A stretch of 64,000 bases of DNA from Cyanobacteria bacterium P01_A01_bin.123 (GTDB lineage: Bacteria > Cyanobacteriota > Cyanobacteriia > Phormidesmidales > Phormidesmidaceae), in assembly GCA_039815185.1 (NCBI GenBank), contig JBCBZT010000003.1:1-64000 (forward strand), read 5' to 3'. Of this stretch, positions 20,889-31,641 are shown piece by piece (positions within the stretch are counted from its first letter, which is position 1; each line of letters starts with the position of its first letter). The notes beneath the pieces are model-generated. The model was not told where the DNA came from. It was given only the letters and a program-made list of their open reading frames with translations, and did no database searches. A program made the position numbers and the translations under genes.

Positions 20889-21488
20889 ATGTCTCAGGTC
20901 ACCACCGTCTCAGGTCGGGGAATTCCCCTCAAAGGAAATGATATTGATACGGATCGGATTATTCCGGCTCGGTTTTTGCGCTGCGTCACCTTTGATGGAT
21001 TAGGAGAGCAGGTGTTTGCTGATGATCGGACTCAGTTAAAGGGCGAACACGCCTTTGACCAACCCCAATATCAGGGGGCCAAGCTGTTGGTAGTGAATCA
21101 TAACTTTGGCTGTGGCTCCTCGCGAGAGCATGCCCCCCAATCTATTCACCGTTGGGGGATCGATGCCTTAATCGGGGAAAGCTTTGCAGAAATCTTCTTG
21201 GGTAATTGTGTGGCGATGGGCGTGCCCTGTGTGACAACTGACCCAGCAGTGGTGCAGCAAATCCAGGATGCGATCGCGGCCAATTCCCAACTCTCCATCA
21301 GTATCGATCTCAATACGATGACGGTGCAGTGGGGTGATGACAGCGCTCCGATTGCTATGGGAGACGGGCCTCGGCAGATGTTTCTCGATGGGAATTGGGA
21401 TGCCTGCGGTCAATTGGTAGCCCAAGCTAAGCAGATTCAACAAACGGCGAACCAGTTACCCTACATTCGTTGGAGCGCAGCCAGTTGA
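20889..21488 (+). CDS. leuD: 3-isopropylmalate dehydratase small subunit
   Basis: [25 protein letters not shown]. Confidence 0.96.
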   Translation: MSQVTTVSGRGIPLKGNDIDTDRIIPARFLRCVTFDGLGEQVFADDRTQLKGEHAFDQPQYQGAKLLVVNHNFGCGSSREHAPQSIHRWGIDALIGESFAEIFLGNCVAMGVPCVTTDPAVVQQIQDAIAANSQLSISIDLNTMTVQWGDDSAPIAMGDGPRQMFLDGNWDACGQLVAQAKQIQQTANQLPYIRWSAAS

Positions 21489-21973
21489 TTGTGATTGTGA
21501 TGGGGGTCTCTGGTGTGGGCAAAACCACCATTGGCCAGCAGTTAGCGGCAGATTTTGGTTGGCAATTTATCGATGGTGATGACTTTCACCCCGAGATCAA
21601 CATCGACAAAATGCGTCAGGGCATCCCCCTCACTGACGGCGATCGCTTGCCATGGTTAATCGCTTTGCAAGCTGCGATTGCGGACTGGCTCACCCATCAT
21701 CAAAATATAGTGTTGGCCTGTTCTGCCCTCAAAGCCAGCTATCGAACCTATCTCCATGTTGATCACCCTGAAGTGCATTGGGTTTATCTGCGTGGAGATA
21801 AAGATCTAATTCGCGATCGCCTGAAAGCTCGTACCCATCATTTTATGTCTCCTGCCTTATTAGATAGTCAGTTTGAGGCGTTGGAGGTGCCGAAGGGCGC
21901 GATCTCGGTAGATATTGCCAACTCGCCTGAAGCTATTTTGCAAGCGATTCAGACACAACTAATCAAGTCCTAA
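21470..21973 (+). CDS. gntK: Gluconokinase (GntK/IdnK type)
   Basis: [43 protein letters not shown]. Confidence 0.9.
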   Translation: MERSQLIVIVMGVSGVGKTTIGQQLAADFGWQFIDGDDFHPEINIDKMRQGIPLTDGDRLPWLIALQAAIADWLTHHQNIVLACSALKASYRTYLHVDHPEVHWVYLRGDKDLIRDRLKARTHHFMSPALLDSQFEALEVPKGAISVDIANSPEAILQAIQTQLIKS

Positions 21974-22012
21974 GATAATGCCTGCCCTGCTTCCATAGAC
22001 GCATCTCGAATC

Positions 22013-22915
22013 ATGTCAAACACGTTTATGAGCAGCCCTGGATTACAGCATCAAAGCGTTGGGCAAAATGAGTTGGGCGGTTCGCTATGGGAATATCGCT
22101 CAGGGAAGCCGTCCCTTGCTTTGGCCGATTGGGTGTACTCCTACGGGGGGTATCGCGAAAACGTCGGACAGCCCGTACGCCGACTTGAGGTCCCTAAAGA
22201 TCGAGTCATGTTGATTTTGGGGTTTGGCGATCGCTTACAGATCCAGCCTGTAGGAGCGAGCCCAACCTCTAGCCAATACGGTGCCTTTGTCGTTGGCTTT
22301 GGTAAACAACCACTCGTCACAAAACATGACGGTATGCAGTCCTGCATTGAGGTTGAACTGCCACCATGGGCAGTCAGTCAACTATTAGGCACCCCAGCTC
22401 CTGAATTTACTCAAGGGCCGATCCATTTACAAGACATTTGGGGCAACGAGGCTCAGTTACTGATTGAGCAACTCAGTGAACTGCCAACGTGGCAAGCGCG
22501 ATTTGCTTGGGTCGATCGCATGCTTGCAGAAAAAGCATCCACCTTTAGCACAGGCGTCTTGCCGGAAATTCAATGGGCGTGGAAACAACTCGATGTCCAT
22601 GGCGGGTGTCTTTCCATCCGCCAACTTGCGAAAACGATCGGTTGGAGCGATCGCTATTTTGCTGTCCGCTTCCGAAAGCAAGTTGGCATCACTCCCAAAG
22701 CTGCTGCTCGGCGAATCCGGTTTAATCGGTCGCTGCGTTTATTGGAAGCTCCAGATTGTCTGGGATTGAGCGCGATCGCAGCCATCTGTGGCTACAGTGA
22801 CCAAAGCCACTTCACGCGCGAGTTCCATTTGTTCTCTGGGTGTTCTCCTAGGGCTTATCGGAGCGCGCGGTTCACAGATCTGCTAGGGACACCCAGCCAT
22901 ATCATCGACGCTTAA
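22013..22915 (+). CDS. AraC family transcriptional regulator
   Basis: C-terminal FRKQVGITPK...GYSDQSHFTREF. Confidence 0.9.
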   Translation: MSNTFMSSPGLQHQSVGQNELGGSLWEYRSGKPSLALADWVYSYGGYRENVGQPVRRLEVPKDRVMLILGFGDRLQIQPVGASPTSSQYGAFVVGFGKQPLVTKHDGMQSCIEVELPPWAVSQLLGTPAPEFTQGPIHLQDIWGNEAQLLIEQLSELPTWQARFAWVDRMLAEKASTFSTGVLPEIQWAWKQLDVHGGCLSIRQLAKTIGWSDRYFAVRFRKQVGITPKAAARRIRFNRSLRLLEAPDCLGLSAIAAICGYSDQSHFTREFHLFSGCSPRAYRSARFTDLLGTPSHIIDA

Positions 22916-22995
22916 GTGGGGTCATTTTTATTCAAGACAAAGCTACGTTGCTTTGCCTACCATGGTCTCTGAAATTTATAGCAGGGAAATACAGC

Positions 22996-23340
22996 ATGGT
23001 TAGCGACGTGTCTTACCTGGAAATCGGCACCGCAGCGACAGAACCCTCTCGCCTGTTTTTTGAGCAACTTTTTGGTTGGCGTTTCAATCCCATGGGCGAT
23101 GATGGTGAGGGCTGGTTTCAAACCCCGTCACTTAAAGTTGGCCTGCATGGAAATGACCCAGAACCGCAGTTCTCAATCTTTTTTAGTGTCATTGATTTAG
23201 ACGATGCCATAGTCCGCGTCAAGGCATTAGGTGGGCAAGCCGATGAACCCGGCCCCGATGAACCTGGCTTTGGCAGGTTTTGCCTCTGTCGCGATCCGCA
23301 AGGGATTCAGTTTGGGCTCCATCAGCCTCCCTCAGGCTAA
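22996..23340 (+). CDS. VOC/glyoxalase family protein
   Basis: FFEQLFGW, DLDDAIVRVKALGG, GRF..CRDPQGIQFGL. Confidence 0.88.
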   Translation: MVSDVSYLEIGTAATEPSRLFFEQLFGWRFNPMGDDGEGWFQTPSLKVGLHGNDPEPQFSIFFSVIDLDDAIVRVKALGGQADEPGPDEPGFGRFCLCRDPQGIQFGLHQPPSG

Positions 23341-23494
23341 TGAAAACCTTTTTAAGCTTTAAGAACAAGCGTTTTGAGCAGGATGTTACGGCAGAAGTGA
23401 TGAGTGTGGTTTGCGATGGGTGAATAGCGCGATCGTGATAACTGGCCGCTTTAACTGGCCGTTTTAACTGGATCTTCAGACCACAGATGACCCT

Positions 23495-23522
23495 AAAAAA
23501 GGGACGCAAATCTGCGTCCCTT
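23495..23522 (-). terminator. Terminator downstream of psaK
   Basis: aagggacgca/tgcgtccctt stem with A6 on the plus strand (U6 on the minus strand). Confidence 0.75.
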
Positions 23523-23642
23523 AAGGATTTGACAACGTGTGAGTAGCCTCTAGGTTTGTTCTCACCCCAGTTTGATTATGTTGCCAGCTAAGGCAATGAG
23601 TTGGGTTGAGGTCGGCTACTAAGGTTAGCGTTAGGGAGCTAC

Positions 23643-23903
23643 TTAGAGCGCACCCATGGAGGCTAGCCCAAGGATCACGCCAGCCCCTAACACATGCCCG
23701 AGGCTTGTGGTACCTAAAAGTGCCCCTAGCCCCATGCCGCCAAACAGTTCAGGGGAAGGTAACGCAGGGCCAACGCTGGGGTATTTAATGGTGAATTTAC
23801 CAATGGCGATCGCCAACACGTTGCAAATCACCATCACGATGGCAACTTTTGGGCTCCATTCCAGGGTTGTGGGCACCGCCGCAAGCAGAGGTAGATAAGC
23901 CAA
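23643..23903 (-). CDS. psaK: Photosystem I subunit PsaK
   Basis: WSPKVAIVMVICNVLAIAIG...TTSLGHVLGAGVILGL. Confidence 0.96.
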   Translation of the reverse strand: MAYLPLLAAVPTTLEWSPKVAIVMVICNVLAIAIGKFTIKYPSVGPALPSPELFGGMGLGALLGTTSLGHVLGAGVILGLASMGAL

Positions 23904-24054
23904 TGTCCAGTCTCCTAAACAACAGTTTTGCTATCAATTTGGTTATGAGCCCCACAGCAGACTGATGGCCAATGACCGCTGTTGTGTAGGCTTTTGACCT
24001 AGCCCTCATCTTTCATCAAAAGATGAAGCAGCATACCTATCTCTTCGTAAGACT

Positions 24055-24294
24055 TTACACAAGCTCGAAATCAAACACCTCGAAGATGGGGCCAATCATG
24101 GCTATCGTCATTACATCCTGGCGGACTTGGCCAGTCGCTTTGACGCGCTGGTTGGCTTTGAGTAAGCCTTCTGGTGCATTCTGTTGGTAGATCTCATAGG
24201 TTTGCCCCTCTGGGGTCACCAATGCCCAGGCGCCCAGCCCCATCGTTGAACGCTCCACGCTGCCTTCCACAGTCATCTCATGGTTTTGACTCAT
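24055..24294 (-). CDS. Conserved hypothetical small beta-rich protein
   Basis: GAWALVT..GQTYE...GQVRQDVMTIAMIGP; directly follows the S8 peptidase. Confidence 0.75.
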   Translation of the reverse strand: MSQNHEMTVEGSVERSTMGLGAWALVTPEGQTYEIYQQNAPEGLLKANQRVKATGQVRQDVMTIAMIGPIFEVFDFELV

Positions 24295-24296
24295 GG

Positions 24297-26093
24297 TTAG
24301 GCCGTTCCAGTCGCAGATTCGGTGACAATCGACTTAGTTGCCAGATAGGCCAAGCTGTAACAAAGCAGAGCATTGATGATCAAAAAGCTCCGTGCTGCTA
24401 TGCCGCTGCCTAGCCACAGTAATGCTGGATCGCTAATAGCACTGACACTCAGACACGCTGCTACTCCTACTGTTGTCCCAATCGCAAACCAGCGCAGAAC
24501 GGGATTACCTAACAACAAGGCCACCAAAGCAAATGGAATTAAGACGCTGGCAAAAATTGGGTTAAGTAGCCCGCTCCCCTGGATTGCCGTGCCGAGTTCT
24601 GGCAGAGAGCTGCCTGCGACCCGCAAGGGCCACTGGGGTAAGTCGAAGATGTAGAGCCCCCGAAAGATAAATAAACCAGAACTACCCATCACCAGTCCCC
24701 ATCCGAGGGAAGCTGTCCAAGCAAAGGGGAAGTAAATGCGTAATAACCAAGCTAATAGGTAGGAGCCTACCACCATTGCCAGCTTTGGCCATAGGGCAAT
24801 TACACCGCCATCGAGCCAGAATTTGGGGCTGAGGAAGCCATTGTCGCGCAGCCAGCGGAAGAAATGATCAACCCCAATTTGACCCTGGTCTGCTAGTTTG
24901 ACGGCGGCGGCAGCGTCCAGTTGACCCGCGCCAAAGTGGTTCAAGCTATCGTCTTTGACTTGACGGGCTGCTTGCTTCAAAATGTCGACCACCCTATCGG
25001 GTTCCGCGACCCCAGCGGCTTTGACAAGGGCAGCGACGCCAGCCACGTGGGGTGACGCCATGCTGGTGCCCTGGAGAGGAACAAAGACAGACTCACCGGT
25101 TTGGGGATTGATGGTGTTTTGCAAGATGCCACCCGCTGGAGCATCTGGTTGTACAACCCCACCGGGTGCCGCGATATCGACGCCAGCCCCATAATTTGAG
25201 TAGAAGGCTTTTTCGCCTGCTGGGCCGACGGCAGCAACAGCTAACACATGGGGGTAACGGGCGGGGTAGCTGGCCGAATTTCGATTCTCATTGCCCGCAG
25301 CAGCAATGACGACGACGCCTTTACGATGGGCGTATTCTGTGGCATCTCTAAGGACATGGCTATCGCCTGCACCCCCCAGACTGAGGTTAATCACATCGGC
25401 TCCGTTATCGGCAGCGAAGCGAATGGCATCGGCGATATCGGCAACGGTTCCCCCACCGCTAGCACTCAACACTTTGAGGGGCATAATGGCAGCATCAAAG
25501 GCAACCCCAGCAACGCCAAAGCCATTATGGGTGGATTGGGCAATGGTGCCAGCGACATGGGTGCCGTGGCCATTATCGTCGGGAATATCGGTACCGCCGC
25601 GATCGCTGATGAAATCGTACCCCCGCACAAATTTTGTCTCTTTCAAATCGGGGACGCGGCTGACGCCCGTATCAATTACCGCGACAGTGACCCCTTTGCC
25701 AGTGGAAAGATCCCAAGCAGATTCTGCTTGAATGCTACGCAAGTTCCATTGCTTGGCGTAGTCCGGATCGTCGGGGATGAACTGTTTGCTGTATTGATAG
25801 TTGGGTTCAATATGTTCGGTAACATCGGCCAATTCAGACTGGCGTAGGGCTTTCAATAGGGTGCGATCGCCCTCTAAGACATAGACTTGCTCAGCATCTG
25901 CAAACTCACTATTCAAACGAATGCCACGATCTGACCAAGGCTTGAGGTGCAGCTCAACTTGGGCAGGCGATAAATCATCATTGAAATCTAAGACGATACT
26001 GTCATAGCTACCTTGAGCAGCGAGGCCTGGAAATCGTGCAATCGCCAGGACGATCCCCACTAAAAATAGTCCAGCCAATAGCCATCGCTTCAT
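24297..26093 (-). CDS. S8 (subtilisin-like) serine peptidase with C-terminal membrane domain
   Basis: Catalytic triad motifs VIDTG, HGTHVAG, GTSMASPHVAG; signal peptide; multi-TM C-terminus. Confidence 0.93.
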   Translation of the reverse strand: MKRWLLAGLFLVGIVLAIARFPGLAAQGSYDSIVLDFNDDLSPAQVELHLKPWSDRGIRLNSEFADAEQVYVLEGDRTLLKALRQSELADVTEHIEPNYQYSKQFIPDDPDYAKQWNLRSIQAESAWDLSTGKGVTVAVIDTGVSRVPDLKETKFVRGYDFISDRGGTDIPDDNGHGTHVAGTIAQSTHNGFGVAGVAFDAAIMPLKVLSASGGGTVADIADAIRFAADNGADVINLSLGGAGDSHVLRDATEYAHRKGVVVIAAAGNENRNSASYPARYPHVLAVAAVGPAGEKAFYSNYGAGVDIAAPGGVVQPDAPAGGILQNTINPQTGESVFVPLQGTSMASPHVAGVAALVKAAGVAEPDRVVDILKQAARQVKDDSLNHFGAGQLDAAAAVKLADQGQIGVDHFFRWLRDNGFLSPKFWLDGGVIALWPKLAMVVGSYLLAWLLRIYFPFAWTASLGWGLVMGSSGLFIFRGLYIFDLPQWPLRVAGSSLPELGTAIQGSGLLNPIFASVLIPFALVALLLGNPVLRWFAIGTTVGVAACLSVSAISDPALLWLGSGIAARSFLIINALLCYSLAYLATKSIVTESATGTA

Positions 26094-26357
26094 GAGCCCA
26101 TCTCCCGCTTGCCTGTTGATTTACAACTTCGTTTGCACCCGATTGACTTCAACCATAGCCCATCCTTTTCCGAATCGGCATGTCGGGCAATAGCAGATTA
26201 AAATGCCAAAGGCCACATCGCGATCCCAACCGCATTTGACTTGAAAACCTGAGTGGGGGCGCAAAGCCTTGCACCCTCATAGGTCGGAAACATAAGTCGA
26301 AAGATGACGGCTCTAGCAGTGGCCAGGTTCAATACCTAAAAATTTCACAGGAAGACT

Positions 26358-26795
26358 ATGGAACGGGGATTGCTCTGGTTGCCGCTACTGGGAGTTTTTG
26401 CCTGGTTAGCTTGGGCGGGGTGGAATGAATATCGAAAAGTTGAAGCCTATAAGACTTGGGCAGCCCAGTTTGAAAAAGCAAAATATGACATCTATGCTGT
26501 GCTAGGGCAAAATCAGGCAACGCTGACTTGGGGACAACCGACCCGACAGGGGCCTGTTAACCTTAGCAGTGCCTCCCTAGCTACGGTTGAAAGTTTATCG
26601 GTGCAAATCGATGGCAAAATCATCGACCTTAAAGCTCTACCTAAACAAGCTGGGCGGCCAATGTTGGTGCTGAGTCTAATGGGCGATCGCCAGGTCGAGA
26701 TTCCCTTTACTGACTTGACACTCGCTATTCAATGGTCTGAATATCTTCAAAAGCAAGTGCAAAAGTTTCAGCATGACAGCTCAACGCCTACGTAG
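26358..26795 (+). CDS. Conserved cyanobacterial hypothetical membrane-anchored protein
   Basis: MERGLLWLPLL..WAGWNEY; upstream of ftsQ. Confidence 0.8.
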   Translation: MERGLLWLPLLGVFAWLAWAGWNEYRKVEAYKTWAAQFEKAKYDIYAVLGQNQATLTWGQPTRQGPVNLSSASLATVESLSVQIDGKIIDLKALPKQAGRPMLVLSLMGDRQVEIPFTDLTLAIQWSEYLQKQVQKFQHDSSTPT

Positions 26796-26917
26796 ATAGG
26801 GTGTTCAGTGTTTTCGGAGGTGATTCAGAGGGTGGATGTGAAGTTTGTTGTCGAGCGGTGTTGATTATTAAGATGTGATGAATGATTGGAACGCAGCATG
26901 GTAATTGACGAGCAATA

Positions 26918-27778
26918 ATGACCGACCCAGGATTTTCGCCCCCTTCTCAAATCGAGTTGGCAGAGCGACGACGACAGCTGCGACGACAACGGCGTCTCAA
27001 GATTTTGCAAGGGCTTTGGCGTACGACCGCGATCGCTTGGTTGACCGCAGGCTTAGTGTGGGCCGCTAACTCGCCAAAAACTTTGATTCGCAGTGAAGCT
27101 CAAGTTCACATTAGCGGCAATCAAATGTTAGCTGCTGAGGCCATCCAATCGCTGCTGCCTATCGACTATCCTCAACCGCTGATTGAGCTCCAACCCGAAG
27201 CGATCGAAACCCACATTAAAGCCAACGCACCCGTTGCCAACGTTACCGTGCGGCGGCGACTATTTCCCCCTGGATTGACAATTGAACTCCAAGAACGCCA
27301 GCCCGTTGCTGTCGTCATCGCTGATGGACATCAAGCCGCGCCTCAGAGTGAATTCAGCCAAAATGCGGATTATTTGCCCGCAGGTCTGCTGGACGCTCAA
27401 GGGGTTTGGATTGCCGAAGATAGCTTTGTCTTCTTTGAAGACGTGTCCTTACCCGAACTTAAAGTGCGCCAAATGCGTCGTCAGTATTTAGCCGATTGGC
27501 CCAAAATCTATGCGGAGATCGATCAAAGCCCCGTAGATATCTTTGAAGTGGACTGGCAAATGCCGAATAATTTGGTACTACATACCGAATTAGGTCGAAT
27601 TCATTTGGGCCCCTACGGGCATGACTTTGCCCAACAATTAGCGGCATTGGGGCAATTGAAGGATCTCAACCAGCAGGTAGATCCCAAAGATATTGCTTAC
27701 ATCGACATCCACAATCCTGATCAGCCTGTAGTGCAGATGCTGCAAGCTAATCAGAATGCCGAAAGTCAGACACCTTGA
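26918..27778 (+). CDS. ftsQ: Cell division protein FtsQ/DivIB
   Basis: Basic N-terminus, single TM, POTRA-like region (RRRLFPPGL..ERQPVA); upstream of ftsZ. Confidence 0.9.
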   Translation: MTDPGFSPPSQIELAERRRQLRRQRRLKILQGLWRTTAIAWLTAGLVWAANSPKTLIRSEAQVHISGNQMLAAEAIQSLLPIDYPQPLIELQPEAIETHIKANAPVANVTVRRRLFPPGLTIELQERQPVAVVIADGHQAAPQSEFSQNADYLPAGLLDAQGVWIAEDSFVFFEDVSLPELKVRQMRRQYLADWPKIYAEIDQSPVDIFEVDWQMPNNLVLHTELGRIHLGPYGHDFAQQLAALGQLKDLNQQVDPKDIAYIDIHNPDQPVVQMLQANQNAESQTP

Positions 27779-28139
27779 TCCATATCCTTAACTTATGACA
27801 GGAGGTCAACGCTAAGTTTGGCCCACGGGTAAAGCGCCGAGCAGCTTTGAACGGCTTTGCTAAAGAAGCAATTTGGTTCGTTGTTGCACAAAATATTGTG
27901 TGGAAGTTGTACTTGTCGATCGCCCAATTGTTTAATATGATCCTGAAGTTTTGGCCCTTGCCCCTTGATTTGTTCTGAATCTGAGGTTAAATAGTCCTTA
28001 TTCTTTTGCCAGGACGGTTGAATAGTTCAATAGTTGTCGGTTTTAGAGGGTTTGGTTTTTCTAGCGAGTTACTCTATAGTTGACTAGAACTGCCTGGGGT
28101 TTGGTGAAGTCGGAGTTGAGTTAACCTTCTTTTAGTCTT

Positions 28140-29459
28140 ATGTCTGCAGTTCAAAGGCCTTCTGAGAGTTCATTGGCGAATATGCAAGTGATTGATGAAG
28201 ACTCTGGTCAGTCTGAACCGTTTCATACATCAGAATCTGCAAACATTAGTACTGCCTCCGACGGTAATCTGTTTGCTCACTCTGGGTTGGGATTGGGGCA
28301 GTCCAGTGAGCTCAATGTTATGTCATCAGAAGAGACAGCGAAAGGCGGTGAAATTGTGCCGGGTAGTATTGCCAAGATTAAAGTGATTGGCGTTGGTGGC
28401 GGTGGCTGTAATGCTGTCAACCGTATGATTAGCAGTGGCGTATCAGGAATTGAGTTCTGGTCGGTGAATACCGATGCCCAGGCACTCAGCGATACATCGC
28501 CTACCAATTCTTTGCAGGTGGGTCAAAAACTAACGCGCGGACTTGGCGCGGGCGGGAACCCAGCCATTGGTCAAAAAGCGGCAGAAGAATCCCGCGACGA
28601 AATCGCAGCAGCGCTGGAAGAAACTGACTTGGTATTTATTACCGCTGGTATGGGTGGCGGTACAGGTACGGGTGCCGCTCCTATTGTGGCTGAAGTTGCT
28701 AAAGAGGCGGGGGCGCTAACGGTTGGTGTTGTGACCCGGCCATTTACCTTTGAAGGCCGTCGTCGCACTGCACAGGCGGAAGAAGGCATCACAGCACTGC
28801 AAAGCCGAGTCGATACACTAATTATAATTCCGAACGATAAGCTGCTGTCGGTGATTTCAGAGCAGACGCCGGTTCAAGAGGCCTTTCGGGTTGCCGATGA
28901 TATTTTGCGGCAGGGGGTTCAAGGCATTTCCGACATCATTACCATTCCAGGGTTAGTCAACGTTGACTTCGCCGATGTGCGTGCGATTATGGCAGATGCG
29001 GGTTCTGCCTTGATGGGGATTGGTATTGGCTCGGGCAAGTCAAGGGCCAGAGAAGCGGCGATCGCCGCTATTTCTTCTCCCCTGTTAGAAGCCTCTATTG
29101 ATGGTGCTGGGGGGGCGGTCTTTAATATTACGGGTGGGAATGATATGACCCTGCACGAGGTCAATGCTGCCGCCGAGATCATTTACGAAGCGGTTGATCC
29201 AAATGCGAACATCATCTTTGGAGCTGTCATTGATGATCGGCTCCAGGGTGAAGTCAGAATTACAGTGATTGCCACGGGGTTCAATACCCAAAGCCGGATC
29301 CAAGCCGCAACGGCAACGGCAGCTGAGCCCCGAATTACGCCGTTAAAGCGCTCTTTGGGTAATACTAACCCGGCAGGGCAAGGAACCTCGTCAGCACCCG
29401 GGCCTGGGGGCTTGGACATTCCCGATTTCCTGCAGCGTCGCCGTCCGGGTGGTCGATAG
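28140..29459 (+). CDS. ftsZ: Cell division protein FtsZ
   Basis: [20 protein letters not shown]-terminal LDIPDFL. Confidence 0.99.
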   Translation: MSAVQRPSESSLANMQVIDEDSGQSEPFHTSESANISTASDGNLFAHSGLGLGQSSELNVMSSEETAKGGEIVPGSIAKIKVIGVGGGGCNAVNRMISSGVSGIEFWSVNTDAQALSDTSPTNSLQVGQKLTRGLGAGGNPAIGQKAAEESRDEIAAALEETDLVFITAGMGGGTGTGAAPIVAEVAKEAGALTVGVVTRPFTFEGRRRTAQAEEGITALQSRVDTLIIIPNDKLLSVISEQTPVQEAFRVADDILRQGVQGISDIITIPGLVNVDFADVRAIMADAGSALMGIGIGSGKSRAREAAIAAISSPLLEASIDGAGGAVFNITGGNDMTLHEVNAAAEIIYEAVDPNANIIFGAVIDDRLQGEVRITVIATGFNTQSRIQAATATAAEPRITPLKRSLGNTNPAGQGTSSAPGPGGLDIPDFLQRRRPGGR

Positions 29460-29477
29460 GCTCTGCCTGAACCCATT

Positions 29478-30287
29478 TTGACTATGGCCTTTATCCCCAT
29501 TGCTTTGACGATTGCAGGTTCGGATAGCGGGGGAGGTGCAGGGATTCAGGCCGATCTGAAAACTTTTGCAATGCACTGCATCCATGGTGCTAGTGCACTC
29601 ACCTGTATCACGGCGCAAAATACTCAAGGGGTTAGTCGGGTTGATGCCTTGCCCCCAGAAGCGGTGACTGCCCAAGTAGAAGCGGTGATCACTGATCTTG
29701 GCGTGCAAGCGATCAAGACAGGGATGCTGCTCAATGCAGCCATTATTGAGGCAGTCGCAGCACAGCTTGGTACATTACCCAACGTTGCCCTTGTGGTGGA
29801 TCCGGTGATGGTCTCTCGAACAGGGGCGCAGTTAATTGATGACTCAGCGATCGCCACATTGCGCCATGCCCTGATTCCCCTTGCAGCGGTGCTAACGCCT
29901 AATCGTTATGAAGCCCAAATCCTGAGCGGCATGGAAATCAATTCTTTAGCTGAGATGCAGGCCGCAGCCAAGGCGATTTATCAGCTTGGGCCTCAGACCG
30001 TTTTGGTGAAGGGGGGCGGTATGGCTGCCGACCTCAAAGGTGTTGATGTGTGGTACGACGGACACCAACTCGAAACCCTGCGAACAGAAGTCATAGACAC
30101 GACCGATACCCATGGCACGGGATGTACTTTATCTGCGGCGATCGCCGCAGATCTGGCCCTAGGGCATGATCGCCTTAGTGCTACTCAAAGAGCCAAAACC
30201 TACGTCACCCAGGCCCTCAAGCATTCACTGAGAATTGGCCAAGGTCAAGGGCCTGTTGGCCACTTTTACCCCCTGCTGGCTCCGTGA
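29478..30287 (+). CDS. thiD: Hydroxymethylpyrimidine/phosphomethylpyrimidine kinase
   Basis: TIAGSDSGGGAGIQADLKT, DPVMV, THGTGCTLS. Confidence 0.96.
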   Translation: MTMAFIPIALTIAGSDSGGGAGIQADLKTFAMHCIHGASALTCITAQNTQGVSRVDALPPEAVTAQVEAVITDLGVQAIKTGMLLNAAIIEAVAAQLGTLPNVALVVDPVMVSRTGAQLIDDSAIATLRHALIPLAAVLTPNRYEAQILSGMEINSLAEMQAAAKAIYQLGPQTVLVKGGGMAADLKGVDVWYDGHQLETLRTEVIDTTDTHGTGCTLSAAIAADLALGHDRLSATQRAKTYVTQALKHSLRIGQGQGPVGHFYPLLAP

Positions 30288-30345
30288 ATACCTCAGCATC
30301 ATCCTGACGATTGATAATTGGTGGGCACACAGGACTTTGCCCATC

Positions 30346-30867
30346 CTAGAAATTATCCGGTTCGCTGGGTTCAGATTGTTCCCAGGTTGATTCCCAGTCT
30401 GTGCAGCGATCGCTGTCGGGGCCATAGGGATACATGGCGCAAACCAGCATCGTATCACCATAGATTTGGCCATGATAATGACGACAGCCGATGCAAGCTG
30501 AATGTTGATTGACGAGTGGCTCTATGGTTTGGCTCACTGGCGTTGATGCCTGGTTGACCCACTGATCTACATCGGTGAGCCATTGTTCGATGACAGGATT
30601 AATAGCGGCATTGATTTGATCAGCTGTGCGTTCAATTTCAGGCGCGATCGCAGCTTCCAAAGGCTCCAACCAGTGATGGATCGATTCCACCCAATGATCG
30701 ACCTCAGGGGCAACATGGGTTTCAAGCTGTTCAGCCAAGGCTTCTGACCAATCTGCCATGGCATTAGCATTCTCTTCTAGCTGCTGAGCAACCGACTTGG
30801 CCCACTGCTCTGTTTCATTGGCGACTGCTTCAAAGGCTTGAAATAATTGTTTAGACCAATCTTCCAT
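30346..30867 (-). CDS. Hypothetical helical protein with C-terminal Cys/His motif
   Basis: Amphipathic helices, then CIGCRHYHG..LVCAMYPYG..CTDW. Confidence 0.8.
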   Translation of the reverse strand: MEDWSKQLFQAFEAVANETEQWAKSVAQQLEENANAMADWSEALAEQLETHVAPEVDHWVESIHHWLEPLEAAIAPEIERTADQINAAINPVIEQWLTDVDQWVNQASTPVSQTIEPLVNQHSACIGCRHYHGQIYGDTMLVCAMYPYGPDSDRCTDWESTWEQSEPSEPDNF

Positions 30868-30870
30868 TAT

Positions 30871-30962
30871 TAAATCTCGTTCACATCCAGAGCCGTAACT
30901 TTACCTTTTCGGGCCGCAGGGCTCTACGCCCCGATCCAAGTTTTGAAATCGGATGTGGTTTA
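30871..30962 (+). repeat. Dispersed MITE/REP-like element, copy A
   Basis: taaatctcgttcacatccagagcc...gaaatcggatgtggttta; similar to 42131-42204 and 45623-45714. Confidence 0.7.
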
Positions 30963-31331
30963 GGACTGATGCTTTATATCTTTGAGTTCTTGGCGCAAAG
31001 CTTCAACCTGTTGCTTTAGAACCTCTGCTTCATCCGTTGTAGAACCAGTCGGCGTGGGCTCATCATTATCGTCTAAAATCTCGATTCGGCGAGGTTCCTT
31101 GGGTTGTTCGGTAACGGGTTTTGGTGCAGATTCGGCCCGATTTACCATTTCGTTGACCACACGCTGCGCTTCTTCAGTGGTCAATTCTCCCCGAGCTACC
31201 AGTTCATCAGCAATTTTTTGGGCCTGTACTCGGAGTTCACCCAGGGTACTGCCTGCCTTTTCACTCGCATAGGAGGCTGCGCCGACACCCAAGTAAAATG
31301 CTTTTTGAACTAAATCACCAAACCCTGCCAT
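30960..31331 (-). CDS. Phasin-family-like protein
   Basis: LVQKAFYLGVGAAS..DELVARGELTTEEA, C-terminal coiled coil. Confidence 0.8.
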   Translation of the reverse strand: MAGFGDLVQKAFYLGVGAASYASEKAGSTLGELRVQAQKIADELVARGELTTEEAQRVVNEMVNRAESAPKPVTEQPKEPRRIEILDDNDEPTPTGSTTDEAEVLKQQVEALRQELKDIKHQS

Positions 31332-31465
31332 TGTTCAGGACTCCCTCACTGGTCAAGACCCGTCTGCTTGAAGAATCTTGCAAACTCGTCTCTAGCATAG
31401 GCTCAAACAACCGTAAACGGCTATTCGGGTTACCGTAGCCAGAGAATCTTACCCCAAATAAAAGA

Positions 31466-31559
31466 GACCCGGAGACCACGCCTATCACAAGCATCCCGTA
31501 TTGCTGCTACCTTCCGGTCCTGACAAGATTTGGGCGTTGTAATTGCGTGGATCCGAGTC
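31466..31559 (-). ncRNA. ffs: Signal recognition particle RNA (small bacterial type)
   Basis: The minus strand contains the SRP domain IV core GTCAGGACCGGAAGGTAGCAGC inside a long hairpin with paired ends (gactcgga...tccgggtc). Confidence 0.95.
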
Positions 31560-31641
31560 AACTACAGGATAACATCATCAAGGTGAAACCCTACAAATTT
31601 GACCCCACCTACTTCCCGTTGCAACGTTCAGGAGTTTCCCT

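Noticed and set aside
25248..25847. Long antisense ORFs over the S8 peptidase (likewise 1327-1875, 47815-48300, 62992-63561 and other overlapping ORFs in the track)
   Set aside because: Shadow frames opposite well-supported genes, with no motifs of their own.
28140..28360. Long N-terminal extension of FtsZ
   Set aside because: A variable N-terminal extension is normal for cyanobacterial FtsZ.
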